Below, piece after piece: positions 52,155 through 64,000 of a stretch of 64,000 nt of DNA; the stretch's first letter is position 1; the number at the start of each line of letters is the position of its first letter. Source of the DNA: Lytechinus pictus (Eukaryota); assembly GCF_037042905.1 (NCBI RefSeq), contig NC_087250.1, positions 25,484,001 through 25,548,000 of the forward strand, given 5' to 3'. The notes under the pieces are model-generated. The model made no database searches. It was not told where the DNA came from and was given only the letters and a program-made list of their open reading frames with translations. A program made the position numbers and the translations under genes.

Positions 52155-53430
52155 TTAATTGTAATGCATTATTATACAAAATAATGCATGCAGACGAGTG
52201 TGTTAGTGGAAATGCAAGGGCACGCGATGTTTCTGTAGATGTGCCGCACTGTGCACGAGCCGCTGGCGGCGAGTGCCCAGTGTGCACCGTCTGAAGAAAC
52301 CGAGCTTTCTCTGCATTTGCTTTTACGCCCGACAGAGCAAGTGCATTATTTGTTTTATAAAATAGCAACACAGAAACAAATTCTTAAAAAATTTCAGTAC
52401 AGGTTTGTTTAACTTCTACCGCACTGGTCTGCCTGAGCGTGCAATGTCAATTTTTGTTTCGCACCTTTTGTACTGCCGTGCATTGCACACAAAAAAGTTG
52501 GATGTCATGTGACGCGTATTGGCCAATCGCGATGCTTGAAACAATGAACCTATTTTATAAAATTGATTGACATCTCACGTACAACTAAGAGACGATCACG
52601 TTATTAGACAAGATAAGCACAATAACCGTGTGTAAACACTTGTAAGTATAAGAATGATAAGACATCAAGCAAACAACTTATTGTCAAATAAGACTTTATT
52701 TGGAGAAGAAGACGTGTCGTTAATTACACGTTGACAACAAACAACTAAATAGGCGTATGATATTTATTTAAGAATCGTATATTAATTTTATGTATATGGA
52801 TTTATTACTGTATATGTTTGTTTAACATTACGGGACTGATTTTAACAATAGAGGGTGTTTATTTACCCTGGTGTCCTAAAAAGATATGCAAAATTAATTG
52901 ACCATATTAGGTTACGAAAATGCTGCAACCAATTTTGATTGGTCGAGTTTAACGCTTTGCATAAAGTCACGTGTTGGAGTGGGGAAAAGAAATCAGGTTT
53001 GGATCGTTTAGTTTATTTAGAAAAATCATTTTGCTCCGAGCCTTACCTTAAAACTGGCCCTCATTAGATATTACAACTTTATCACGTAGACTGTAGGATA
53101 TTTTCTTAATCTGACATTTTGCTACATGAAGAGGAACAGCATGTTTTAAATAACCAGTTGTTAAATGACTGGTCAATTTCAACTGCATAATGTGTGAGTT
53201 TGAGTTTGCTTTGTTTTCATAGTCCGTGGTTGTCTATTTCACCCGCCGCACATTATAAAGAAATCAGCGATAATCTACTGCAATTGTTAACATCAGAATC
53301 AAACTGTTGGATTTCCAATATTATAGAGGTAAGTACTTATCAGATTTTTTTCATATAATGATATACAAAAGGAATAGTATTGAGTGATGTCATCAGTCCC
53401 CTCATTTGCATACCGACCAGAATGAGCATG

Positions 53431-56219
53431 TAGTCCAGGATAGAAGGGGTCGAACCTTGTTTTTTAATATATACAATGTTTTTTTATGGTTTCTTGTCAA
53501 TTCGAGGGTGCTGATTCCGAATCTGAATGATGCCACTCGTGTAACCTTGAGCATTTTCTGCAAATTGGCAAAATCCAATATGGCCGCCAAAATATTCAAA
53601 TTACCCATGAAAATCATAAAATTGTCCACACATTGGCTTTAAAGTACATGCAATTGTGCTGCCGGAGTGAAATAATATCTGAAAAAATGATTTTTGTCAA
53701 AATATTTATTTTCTTGATATCAAAATGGCCGCCATCATAGACCCCTGTACAATATGAATGGGGAAAATTAATTTTTACAAAATTGAGCACTGAAATGCAA
53801 GTAATTATGATCTATGAGTGAAGCAATGTCTGTAAACATGATTGCTAACGATATATATCATTTGTTATGTCAGTTATGTGATAAATCCTGTATTTTGATA
53901 TTCAAAATGGCCTTCAAAAGCCCTAACACTATTATGTACAATGTGAATGGTGACACAAAAAAATCACAAGAGTGAGCACTAAAATGCATTTTGTTGAGAT
54001 AAACGAGTGGAATACTGACTAAAAACATTATTGTTAACGAAATTTATTATTTAACATGCCATGTATGTGATAAACCCTGTATTTTGATATTTAATATGAC
54101 CGCCAAAGGCCCTAAAATTATGATCTACGATGTGAGAGAGGACAAAAACAATCACAAGGTGAGCACTAAAACATATTTTTTTGTGGTAAATTAGTGGAAT
54201 ACTGTCTTCAAATATAATTTGCAACGAAATATATTATTCGGGTTTCATATTTGTGTTAAATATTGTATTTTGACTTTCAAAATGGCCGCCAAAAGACATT
54301 GACTGTATTATGTACAATCGATCTGGGAAACCAATTTTCACATGAGTCAGCACCATAACATGCATATAATTGTGATTTAAGAGTAAAATTTTGTCTGAAA
54401 ACATAATTCCTAACAAGATATACCATTCATTCTGCCAGGTAGGTGATAAATAATGTATTTTGAAAGTCAAACTGGCCGCTACAGGCCCTAACGGTAGGCC
54501 TATTATGTACTTTGTGAATGGGAACATATAATTTTAACAGAATTTGGCTTTGCTTGACTAAATGGTGTTGCATGTATGAGTGAAATATCGTCTGAAAATA
54601 TGATTTTGTAACCAAATAGATCATTTCTTATGTTATTTAGGTGATAAATGCTATATTTAAATTTCAAAATGGCAGCAATATGTTTCTTTGTGGAAATTAT
54701 CTTTCCCCATTCAAATTTTACATATTAAGATAAGGGACTATGGCGGCCATTTTTCATTTTTAAAAGGCTGCATTCATCACCTTTATGATACAAGCTATGA
54801 TATATTTCGTTAGAAATCATTGGGTTTAGACAATACTTAACACTTACATCAAAATTGAGCCATTTTCATAGTAAAAATTTTGTCAAAATTATCTGTCCCC
54901 AGTTACAATGTACATACTACTTTGGGCTATGGCAGCAATTTTGAATATCAAAGTAAGGCCTTTATTACCTTCTCAACCATTATGTGATGTATTTAGTCAG
55001 AAATCATGTTCAAGACCAAATTTTACCTATACATCACATAGTTACGTGCGTTTTTGGTTCTCATTCTGGTGATGATTAGTTTCCCTATACGCATATTACA
55101 GAATTCGTAGGGGCTTGTGCGGCCGTTTTGAAAGTCAAAATACAGTATTTATCACCTATGGGAGAGGAAATGTTATATTTCATTAAAAAAATCACGTTTT
55201 CAAACAATATTTTCCTTATACAACAGAATTATATGGATTTCATAGTCAGGCAAATCCTAATTCTTTCAAAAGTATTTGTCCCCATTTACATTGTAGATAA
55301 TACTGTAAGGGCCCATAGGGGCCATTTTGAATTTTACAATACAGCATTTATCTCATGCATGAAAAATGAAATGATATGTTTCGCCACAAATCATGTGTTT
55401 AGACAATATTTCACTCGTATAGATTACAATTACATTCATTTTATTGTTTTTACTCTTGTGAAAATTAGTTTCTCCATTCGCTTTGTTCATAATACAGATA
55501 GGGCCTATGGCAGCCATTTTGAATGTCAACATGCAGCATAATTACCGAAATCGCAAGGGAAATGATATGTTTCGTTAGAAATCCTTGTTGCCAGACAGTG
55601 TTACACCAATATTTCGCAGTTATTGGCATTTTAAAGTCAAACAAATTCAAAGGTTGTGAAAATTATTTGTCGAGTCCCCTTTTATATATTGTACACAGTA
55701 TAAGGGGTCTATGACAGCCATTTTGAATATCATAATACAGCATTTATCACATTAGATAGTATACAAATGACATAGTTTTGTTAATAGTCATGTTTTCAGA
55801 CAGTAGTCCACTCGCAGGTCACAATAACATGCAATAATAGTGCTCTTGTTTGAAAAAATATTTCCCCCATTCATATTCTACATAATAAAGTATACAGGGG
55901 TTATGGCGGCCATTTTGAATATCAATAAAATAAATATTTTGTCAAGTATCGCTTTTCCAATTGGTATTTCACTTCTGCACAACAACTACATGCATTTCAT
56001 AGCTAATGTGTTGGCAATTTTATGATTTTCATGGGTAATTTGCATATTTTGGCGGCCATATTGGATTTTGCCAATTTGCGGAAAATGCTCAAGGTTACAA
56101 GAGTGGCATCATTCAGATTCGGAATCAGCACCCTCGAATTGACAAGAAACCATCACAAAACATTGTATATCTAAAAAAACAAGGTTCGACCCCTTGTCTA
56201 TGGGGCCTATCCTGGACTA
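53431..56219. mobile_element. Academ-like non-autonomous element (2.79 kb), ATG TSD, inserted into a Kolobok-like MITE remnant
   Basis: ATG|TAGTCCAGGATAG ... CTATCCTGGACTA|ATG with TIRs of about 190 bp. Removing it restores the MITE arm (CATTTGCATACCGACCAGAATGAGCATG-TAGTTGTTTT). Confidence 0.85.
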
Positions 56220-57469
56220 ATGTAGTTGTTTTTTTAAATTAAGCACTAAAAAAATTTAAAATGTCATAACTTTCCTATTTTACATCTGATCTTGATGAAA
56301 ATTTCAGTGTTATGCTAATTGAAATTTATATTTTTGTTCTAAACAACTTTTTGTTGAGATGGACCCATTCTTTAGACACTGATGTCAAAGCAAATATGGC
56401 AATGCATTTATCCATCAAATATCTTTAGCCTGTGATATGTGAAAAGTACCAGGAAAAGAGACATTGCTTTTGGAAAGATATGACATCACAACACGCTAGG
56501 TAGTTTTATATCTTAATCTATTATTTGTCTTGCCCACTATGTATGCAGCGCAGAGTATACGTCACTGGCTGAACATTGACGGCTGCATGTAAATTAGGTG
56601 GATGATCTTCGTAATGATAATGGCGGCGAGTGTAGCGCTTAGCAAAGCGTCCAACAGCGCCCTCTTGAATCCCAGGAACAAATACCTACCTTTAAATCCT
56701 ATTTTCCTTCCATTATCGACTTTTGAATTATTAGTGTTACATCTCGAAATATTTCAATTTTTCCAATGTACCCAGATTGTGCCGTTATTAAAAAGCATTT
56801 CCACACAATTTTAGACTTACCCATTCTGATTTCTTTTTAAATTTTACGTAGATCTCTAACTTTAGTCGAATTTGGTGCATTTTTTAACTATTTTTTCTTA
56901 AATGTCTTTATGTACCAACAATATTCACGTGTTTACATATTATGAAGCAAATGACATAACAGTTACACATGTATACAAATACGACAGTAAATGGGACCAG
57001 AAAATCGAAAATATTACAAAATGCACATTTAAGAAGGAAAAAACAAACCAAAAATAATTCATATTGCAATATATTCCTTGTAAAGGGTTATCATTTTTAA
57101 AGTATCTTAATTGTATTAATAACTGTAGACTTACATGTTAATGGCGTGAATTTAATTATAACGAAAGATGAAAACTGTATTTAGCTAAATTTCACTTTCG
57201 AACTTTTCCTTCATGTATATCTAAAGTAACTGCAATTTCATCATCAATCATTTCGTAAGCTGTCACCTCATTGTAAAAGACATAATGGCACTTTGCAATG
57301 GTATACAATGCATAGTTACGAAAAAGGTATATCATCACTTTACTTGTAAAACGTTTCAAGATATTAATATTTTTGTCGAGTTAATCATGTCAATGTAATG
57401 TAAATTTCACGTGGGGTGGGGTATCTCAGTCAGGTCTCAGTCTCAGTCAGGTGCAGGGGAGGGCGATGA

Positions 57470-57625
57470 CCGGTTCGGTGAAAAAATGGTAGTGGTAAAA
57501 AATGGCAAAGAAAAAAATGACAGAGGTAATAATGGAAGAGGTATAAATGGCAGAGGTTAAATGGCAGAGGTAATAAGGGCAGAGGTAGAAATAGCGAAGG
57601 TAAAAACGGTAAAGGTAACAATGTA
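57470..57625 (+). repeat. 15-bp minisatellite (ATGGCAGAGGTAAAA-like)
   Basis: Degenerate tandem units; the same unit occurs at 59710-59940 and 60290-60480. Confidence 0.8.
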
Positions 57626-57687
57626 GTAATTTTACAACCTTGCACTTGGGGGTTTAACAAGTGGGGTGGGGTATCTCAGTCAAATGC

Positions 57688-59685
57688 CATAGGTGGATCC
57701 AGTGGGGGGGGGGGGGGGCGAGGGAACCGCCCCCCTCCTATTTGCGGAGCCAAAAAAAAGGGGAAAGAAAGAAAATAAAAGAAAAAGAAGGGGAAAGAAA
57801 GGAGAAAAAATAAGAGGGAGACGAGTGAATAAAATAAGGTAAGGGGAAGACTTTGAAAATGATTAAAAAATATATATTTCATGTCACTTTATTAAATTTT
57901 CGCTTGCGCTACGCACACGCATATCCTGTTCGAAGAGATACATATCTTGCTTAAAAGGCTGATATGTATATAGCTCGAAATATCAAGCTTTTAAGTCAAT
58001 ATACAAAACATATTTCAGCTCGGACATCGAACATTTATTATTTTGTTTGATTTGCAAATTGATTTTTTTTATTGCAGCTTTTTGCACTGTGCGCTGGCAT
58101 TATTTGATTTGTCAAGTAGGCATACATGTTGTCTTTGTTTATTCCATAATATTCTTTATAAATTAATTATGTAACAAACTACTTATAATCCCCCATTTAT
58201 GACAGCTTATAAAAAAAATTTCTTCTCGCGAATTGCGCTTGCATTAATAGTTTAAAATATATCAACTCATAAATCCTATTCATGATTACAAAAATGCTGA
58301 AAATATCCAGTTTTCAGACCTCAAATGTCAACACATTTCAATCACTCATTAGGATTATTGAATAAATAAGTATGATAATAACATTTTCATGAATTTCTAA
58401 TTACTTAATTGTCCCCTTTTCGGAAAGGAATATTGACATGCTTGATATCGCGCTTAGGAAGAGGAATAGGAAGATAGTCATCATTTTTATATGATGACAT
58501 AATGTCCTTAGGCCCGAAATGTCCAGATCCTAGGTCAAAATAATAATGAAAATATCAGCCCATGCTTCGTACTTGCATCATTTATTTAGTGCTATCCGTA
58601 TCCACTTCACAATATACCTACACAGTGCTTTAGATAACGCTTAATTTCACCCTTTTCATACCGGAATATCAAATATTTTTCGCTCGCGCTTCGCACCCGC
58701 ATTATTGATTTTCATGATAAAAAATGAGATGAATTCAAAATGGCCAGACTCTGTCTAACTCTAAAACACGCGCACACATGTTTATTGAGATACGAAGCTT
58801 GATCCTTGATTCAAAACATGCTAAAATTATCCAGTTGCGCTCGCATTATTAATGTAGGTAGGTACCAAAATTACCCATCCTTTTTCATGATTTACAAAAC
58901 ATGAATAGAGTGTCCCATTTTTAAGTCTGAAACCTCAAATTTTTTCCGCTCGCGCGTCGCGTTCACATCTTATACCTTTTAATATATCGTTTATTTAAAA
59001 AAAGTGTTTAGGATGTAAATTTCCTAGGTCGGAATGTCCAAAAAAATATCTAAAAGTTGAAATATGTATCGTCTTATGACTAATTGAAAATCGTCCTTAA
59101 CATGCCCCCTTTCGATCAAGCCAGAACCCATATTGAAAAATGTCTGCTCGCGCTTCGCGCTCGCAGTAATTATGTAGTTACATACGAATCTTCTTCAGGT
59201 TCACGAACATTGCCCAGAATATACAATTTTAGGACAAAATGCATGAAATTCCAAAATAACTCAGCTCGCGCTTGGCGCCCGCACTATTTAAATAGGGCTT
59301 TAAATATTACATTTGTTTATGTTGTTTTATAAGAATAAAGCTATGAAATGACTGTAAGGACATCGACGTTTCGCCCCCCCAAAAAAAAAAAAAAAAAAAT
59401 CGCGACCAAGGAAATGGAGAGAAAAGAAAAGGGATAAGTGTGAAATATAAGCCTATGATTTTTCAAATGTTATGTCAAAATCTATTACAAACTTTGATTT
59501 TTGTAATTAAAATGTCAAATTTTTTGCTCGCTTCTTATCAATTTTACCCGATATGCCGTATCGAGCCCCCTCAAATTTTTTGACTCATTACGCCACTCTG
59601 ACAACCCCTTCAAAGAAACAAACAAAATCAGGTTTGAAAAAAAAAATCGGGCCCCTCCTATTTGCGGAGGCTGGATCCGCCCCTG
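57688..59685. mobile_element. hAT-like non-autonomous element
   Basis: Termini CATAGGTGGATCCAG / CTGGATCCGCCCCTG, subterminal CCCCTCCTATTTGCGGAG at both ends, and many internal CGCTCGCGCTTCGCGC motifs. No clean TSD found. Confidence 0.55.
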
Positions 59686-59709
59686 AATAAGGGGAGGGGG
59701 CTGACCAAT

Positions 59710-59940
59710 TCGGTGAAAAATGGCAGAGGTAAACATGGCAGAGGTAAAAATGGCAGAGGTAATAATGGCACTGGTAATAATGACAAAGGTAAAATGGCAG
59801 AGGTAATAATGGCAAAGGTAAAATGGCAGAGGTAATAATGGCACTGGTAATAATGACAAAGGTAAAATGGCAGAGGTAAAAATGGCACTGGTAATAATGT
59901 CAAAGGTAAAAGTTGCCGAGGTAATAATGACAGAGGGAAA
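59710..59940 (+). repeat. 15-bp minisatellite array
   Basis: Tandem ATGGCAGAGGTAATA / ATGGCACTGGTAATA units. Confidence 0.9.
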
Positions 59941-60060
59941 AACTAAAATAAAAGCAGAAGTAAATGTAAAAGTAGATGTCAGGAAAACATGACAAAAGCA
60001 ACAAAACCCACCCCCTCCCCCCCCCCCCGAAAAAAAAAAAAAAAAAACGAATAGGTAATA

Positions 60061-60092
<32 letters not shown>

Positions 60093-60289
60093 CAAAAATT
60101 GGCTGGCAGCTTCGCGGCTTGCGTGTCATGGTCCTTCCTGTCAAATCTCCTTTGGAAAATTATGTATCCGCCCCTGTTAGGTTATATAATAACATACTTT
60201 AGATCAACCAGGAACGTAAATTCTATTTTTTGCAGTTTTGCCGCTTATTTCTTGGGGGAAGAGGGCTAAAGCCCCTAGCCAACCCGCTG

Positions 60290-60480
60290 CCAGGTAAAAA
60301 TGGCAGAGGTAATAATGGCAGAGGTAAAAATGGCAGAGGTAAGAATGGCAGAGGTAATAATGGCAGAGGTAAAAAAAAATTGCAGAGGTAAAAGCGGCAG
60401 AGGTAAGAATGGCAAAGGTAAAAATGGCAGAGGTGATAATGGAATAGGTGAAATGGCAGAGGTAAAGATGATAAAGATAG
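60290..60480 (+). repeat. 15-bp minisatellite array
   Basis: Tandem ATGGCAGAGGTAAAA units. Confidence 0.9.
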
Positions 60481-60783
60481 GCTCCGTCATAATAGTTATC
60501 ATCATTGACCGGACTGTTGTCGACGAAATGGGCTATCAGATCTGATGAAATATTATGTTGTTTTTCGTCATTTTAGGTCTATACTTTGTCATTCATAGGA
60601 CTACACTCAAGCATTTTCTTGCCAAAGTGATTTCAAATTAGTGACTGATAAAAGGATCTTAAGTTCGTATAGCAGAACAGCGCTTCACATGCAAACCCAA
60701 CGTAAAAAAAACACACCAATGTGTGCAGCCATTAACTCTCTGAAACGAACAAGTTCGAGTCCTCTTCGAACTACTTTGATTCA

Positions 60784-63700
60784 TTTTTTTTTTTTTTTTT
60801 TTTTGTACCTCTAAACGAGGGATTTATTCGTAATTCATCACACATGTCATAATAAACTGAACATCACAATACATTTAACATTTTCTCCGGCAATCTCTTA
60901 TCTGGCTTCTTCAATTCTTTATTTGTAATTATTCTATTTTCCATTTCTCTTACAAAAAGGTATTTCAAACTTGAATCTCTTCTATCTATACCATATCTAT
61001 TTCTATTATGCAACATTTTATGTATACACCAAAAGGCGACTGTCATTGTTAGATCTGTGTTTACATCGGTATTGATTTTTAGTAAACAAAAAGTATTCAC
61101 ATGAATTTTGACTTTAAAAGTATACATAACAACACTCTTAACAAAAGAAAAGAACTGTTTGTTCAAATCACATTCAATAAAAGCGTGTATTAAGTCTTCT
61201 TTTACGTGACAGTGCGGACAATATTTATCGTCAGCAAGACCCCATTTAAAAAGATTACTTCTAACGGGTAATAAATTGTATAAAAGTTTAAAATTAAATT
61301 CTCGTAAACGAAGCTCACCTATACATGTCAAGTTTCTTTTAAACACAGAAAACCAGTAAATATCAGTCTGCAGTATATTTTCCCAAAAGATACAACATCT
61401 ATTCGTATAATTCGGTGTTAAACAAATCAGATTATAAAAACGTTTACTACTTATGTCACTCACTGCAACGAGCCTTTCTCCAATGAAAAAAGTAGGAGTT
61501 TCAAGAAAGTAATTTAAATCATTCGCTGTCTGTATATTTGTATAAAACTCTTTTAACCACACTTTTGGAATAGCTTTCTTTAACTTTGCATAATCAAATA
61601 ACATATTCTGCTTGCCTTTCTTTGTTGTAAGGCGAGCTAGAATTTTTTCCATAGAAACAAACTGTCCTTCCTCAAAAAGATCCTGTACATAAATAATCCC
61701 ACTATTGAACCAATCTTCATAAAACAAAGACTTATTATTCCAAACAATGTTCTTATTATGCCATATCACTTGTTTGTGAATATACATGTTTTTAACAGAA
61801 CCAGTTTCACATGTAGTATTATTGTTTACATAACTCCATGCTTTTAAGATTTCCAGATAAAAATCAGGTATATGAACACTTCGAAAGTCTAATAAATTAT
61901 AATCATAATTACAGTGCAACAAAAGATTTAAGCCACCGATACGATTATAAAAGTAATGAGAAATATCTTTCCATGGACCTTCACTATCATCTAACAGTCT
62001 TCCAATCCATCTTAAACGAAAACTGAGTATTTGTTTGGTGATATCAATCATTCGTAATCCACCTTGGCTATAGTCTTGTGAGAGTGTACATCTTTTTACT
62101 TTTTCAACCTTAGAATTCCAAATGAAATTAAAAATTGATCTATTTAGTTTCTTGATATATATTTGCGGAGTCACATCTACTGTCATAAGATGAATTACCT
62201 GACTCAAAGCAAGCGATTTTACAACGGTAATTCTTCCGAAAAAAGTTAAACATCTGCTCCTCCAGTTATCTAGGAGTTTCTGTAATTTCGACAATTTGTT
62301 TTCCCAACTTATTTTGATTGAGTAGTAGAGGTCCGTGGATATAAAATACCCTAAATATTTAACAGGCTCTGTTGTCCAACTTAGATTCAAGTCAGAAAGA
62401 TTCCATCTTTTACTGGTGTCCCCAATCCAAAAAAAAACAGTCTTGTCTTTATTTAATTTTGGACCTGCAATGTTTCCAAATAAATCTAATTCACTTAATA
62501 TATTAAGTAAAGACGGTTCATCTTTAACAAAGAACAGAGTGTCATCGGCGTACTGTAAAAGTTTTAAGACTGAAGTGCATCCTTTAAATTCAATATTTTT
62601 AATTCCATCATTTTGCCTTATTCTATTTGCCATAAATTCAGCTGCTAATATAAACAATAGTGCCGAGAGGGGGCAGCCTTGACGTATCCCTCTTTTCACA
62701 GAGAATGTTTCCGAGATCCAACCATTTACAATAACCGAACTTGTGATATTAGCATAAAGAACCCTTACCCACTTCTGAAAGTAAGGTCCAAAATTCATTT
62801 TTTCTAGACAACTGTTTACAAACTGCATATTAATAACATCAAACGCTTTACTGAAGTCTACCAACATGATCGCTCCAGTTTTCTTATTCTTTATTGTATA
62901 GTGAATCACATCTTTTACGAGTCGTACATTATGGGCCGCCAGTCGACCTTTAACATAACCAGTTTGATTTGGGTCAACAATCCGAGATATAACTCTTTGT
63001 AATCTGTGGGCTAACACAGCTGCTATGACTTTATAATCACTATTTAAAAGTGTAATGGGTCTCCAATTCTTTAAATTAAGTCTGTCTCCTTTTTTATATA
63101 AAAGTGTAATGAGACCTTTCCTCTGAGTGTTTGACATGGTTCCATTACTATAACATTCATTCAGTGCTTCAACAAGCATATGACTAACGTCGGACCAAAA
63201 CACCTGATAAAATTCGACGGGAAATCCATCACAGCCGGGAGCTTTATTCTTTTGCATGGAGAAAATCGCACGCTTACATTCCGAAACTGTCAACAAACCT
63301 TCACAAGAATTTTTATCATTATCATTCAGATACGGTACATTTTGTGATTGTACATATTCTTCAAAACTATCATCATTTATATTTTCATCAGTATATAAAA
63401 TACTATAAAATTTCATTGTTTCTTTTAAAATATCATTTTCTTTATTGAGTATTCTTTTCCCATCTACTGATCTTATTTGGTTTATACCTTTCCGAGAAAC
63501 GTTTCTTTTTTCCAAACTTAAGAAATACTTTGAGCTTCTTTCGCCTTCTTCCATCCATCTTACTCTTGCTCGAATACCTGCACCTTTTGATTCAAATTTA
63601 TAAATAGTTTCGAGTTCTTCTTTTACTGATTTATAATTCATTTCTGTTTCAATATCATTCTTTTTTTCATCAATCTGTTTTCCAAGAAAATCCATTCTTT

Positions 63701-64000
63701 CCTGTAAAAAATCTTTTCTCTCCTTTTTCCTTTCCTTATTTTTACTGCAAAATTTTTGTGTAAATTCACGAACCATTATTTTCAATAGTTCCCATTTTTC
63801 GGAAGAAGTAAAATCTTTAGTTTGAACCTTACATTTAATATTACGAACGTTGTCTTGATAGTTTTCATCTTTCAAAATACTAGTGTTCATTTTCCAATAA
63901 CCAGGACCTTTATTGTTGTTTTTAATTTTGATCCTAAGCGATATTGCGTTATGGTCGGCTCTTATTGCCGGTCTAATATCTGATTTTATTACTCTGGGCT
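60784..64000 (-). mobile_element. L1/Tx1-clade LINE with ORF2 uninterrupted within the window (end of endonuclease, RT, zinc knuckle); continues past the right edge
   Basis: ORF 60864..63890 (1008 aa) extends in frame to the edge (RADHNAI..GPGYWKMN). Motifs KAPGCDG, WRPITLLN, DFSKAFD, RQGCPLS, QYADD and CPHC..HAFIEC; short 3' UTR with AATAAA and a 22-nt poly(A). Confidence 0.95.

Noticed and set aside
59710..60480. CRISPR-like periodicity
   Set aside because: Contiguous tandem units without unique spacers, in a eukaryotic context.
59515..60545. Repetitive ORFs (MAEVKMAEV..., TSAI...)
   Set aside because: These are translations of the 15-bp minisatellite, with no gene context.

Overview
AT-rich, intron-containing eukaryotic DNA. 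A sea urchin or other marine deuterostome origin is inferred from the gene type and repeat families, not proven. The main host gene is a + strand NOD-like receptor (Death domain-NACHT-LRR-like). I assembled it into seven coding exons between 8718 and 34603, with consistent GT-AG sites and reading phases (3120 nt, 1039 aa). Its C-terminus is built from duplicated, phase-symmetric exon pairs. A lone intact exon of ribosomal protein L12 (RPL12/uL11) lies on the - strand at 47778-47977; no other RPL12 exons were found in the window, and a structured, C/D-box-like RNA element lies next to it. A non-coding block at about 56.4-56.75 kb resembles the region upstream of the NLR, suggesting a tandem paralog beyond the window. 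Most of the rest is transposable elements. These include two CR1/L2-type LINEs and three L1/Tx1-type LINEs (the one at the right edge has an uninterrupted ORF2 within the window), tRNA-derived SINEs, and a Helentron-type non-autonomous element. There are also Tc1/mariner-, Harbinger-, Kolobok-, piggyBac-, hAT- and Academ-like non-autonomous DNA elements, often nested or chained. I found no rRNA, bona fide tRNA or CRISPR array, and no clearly new enzymatic system.
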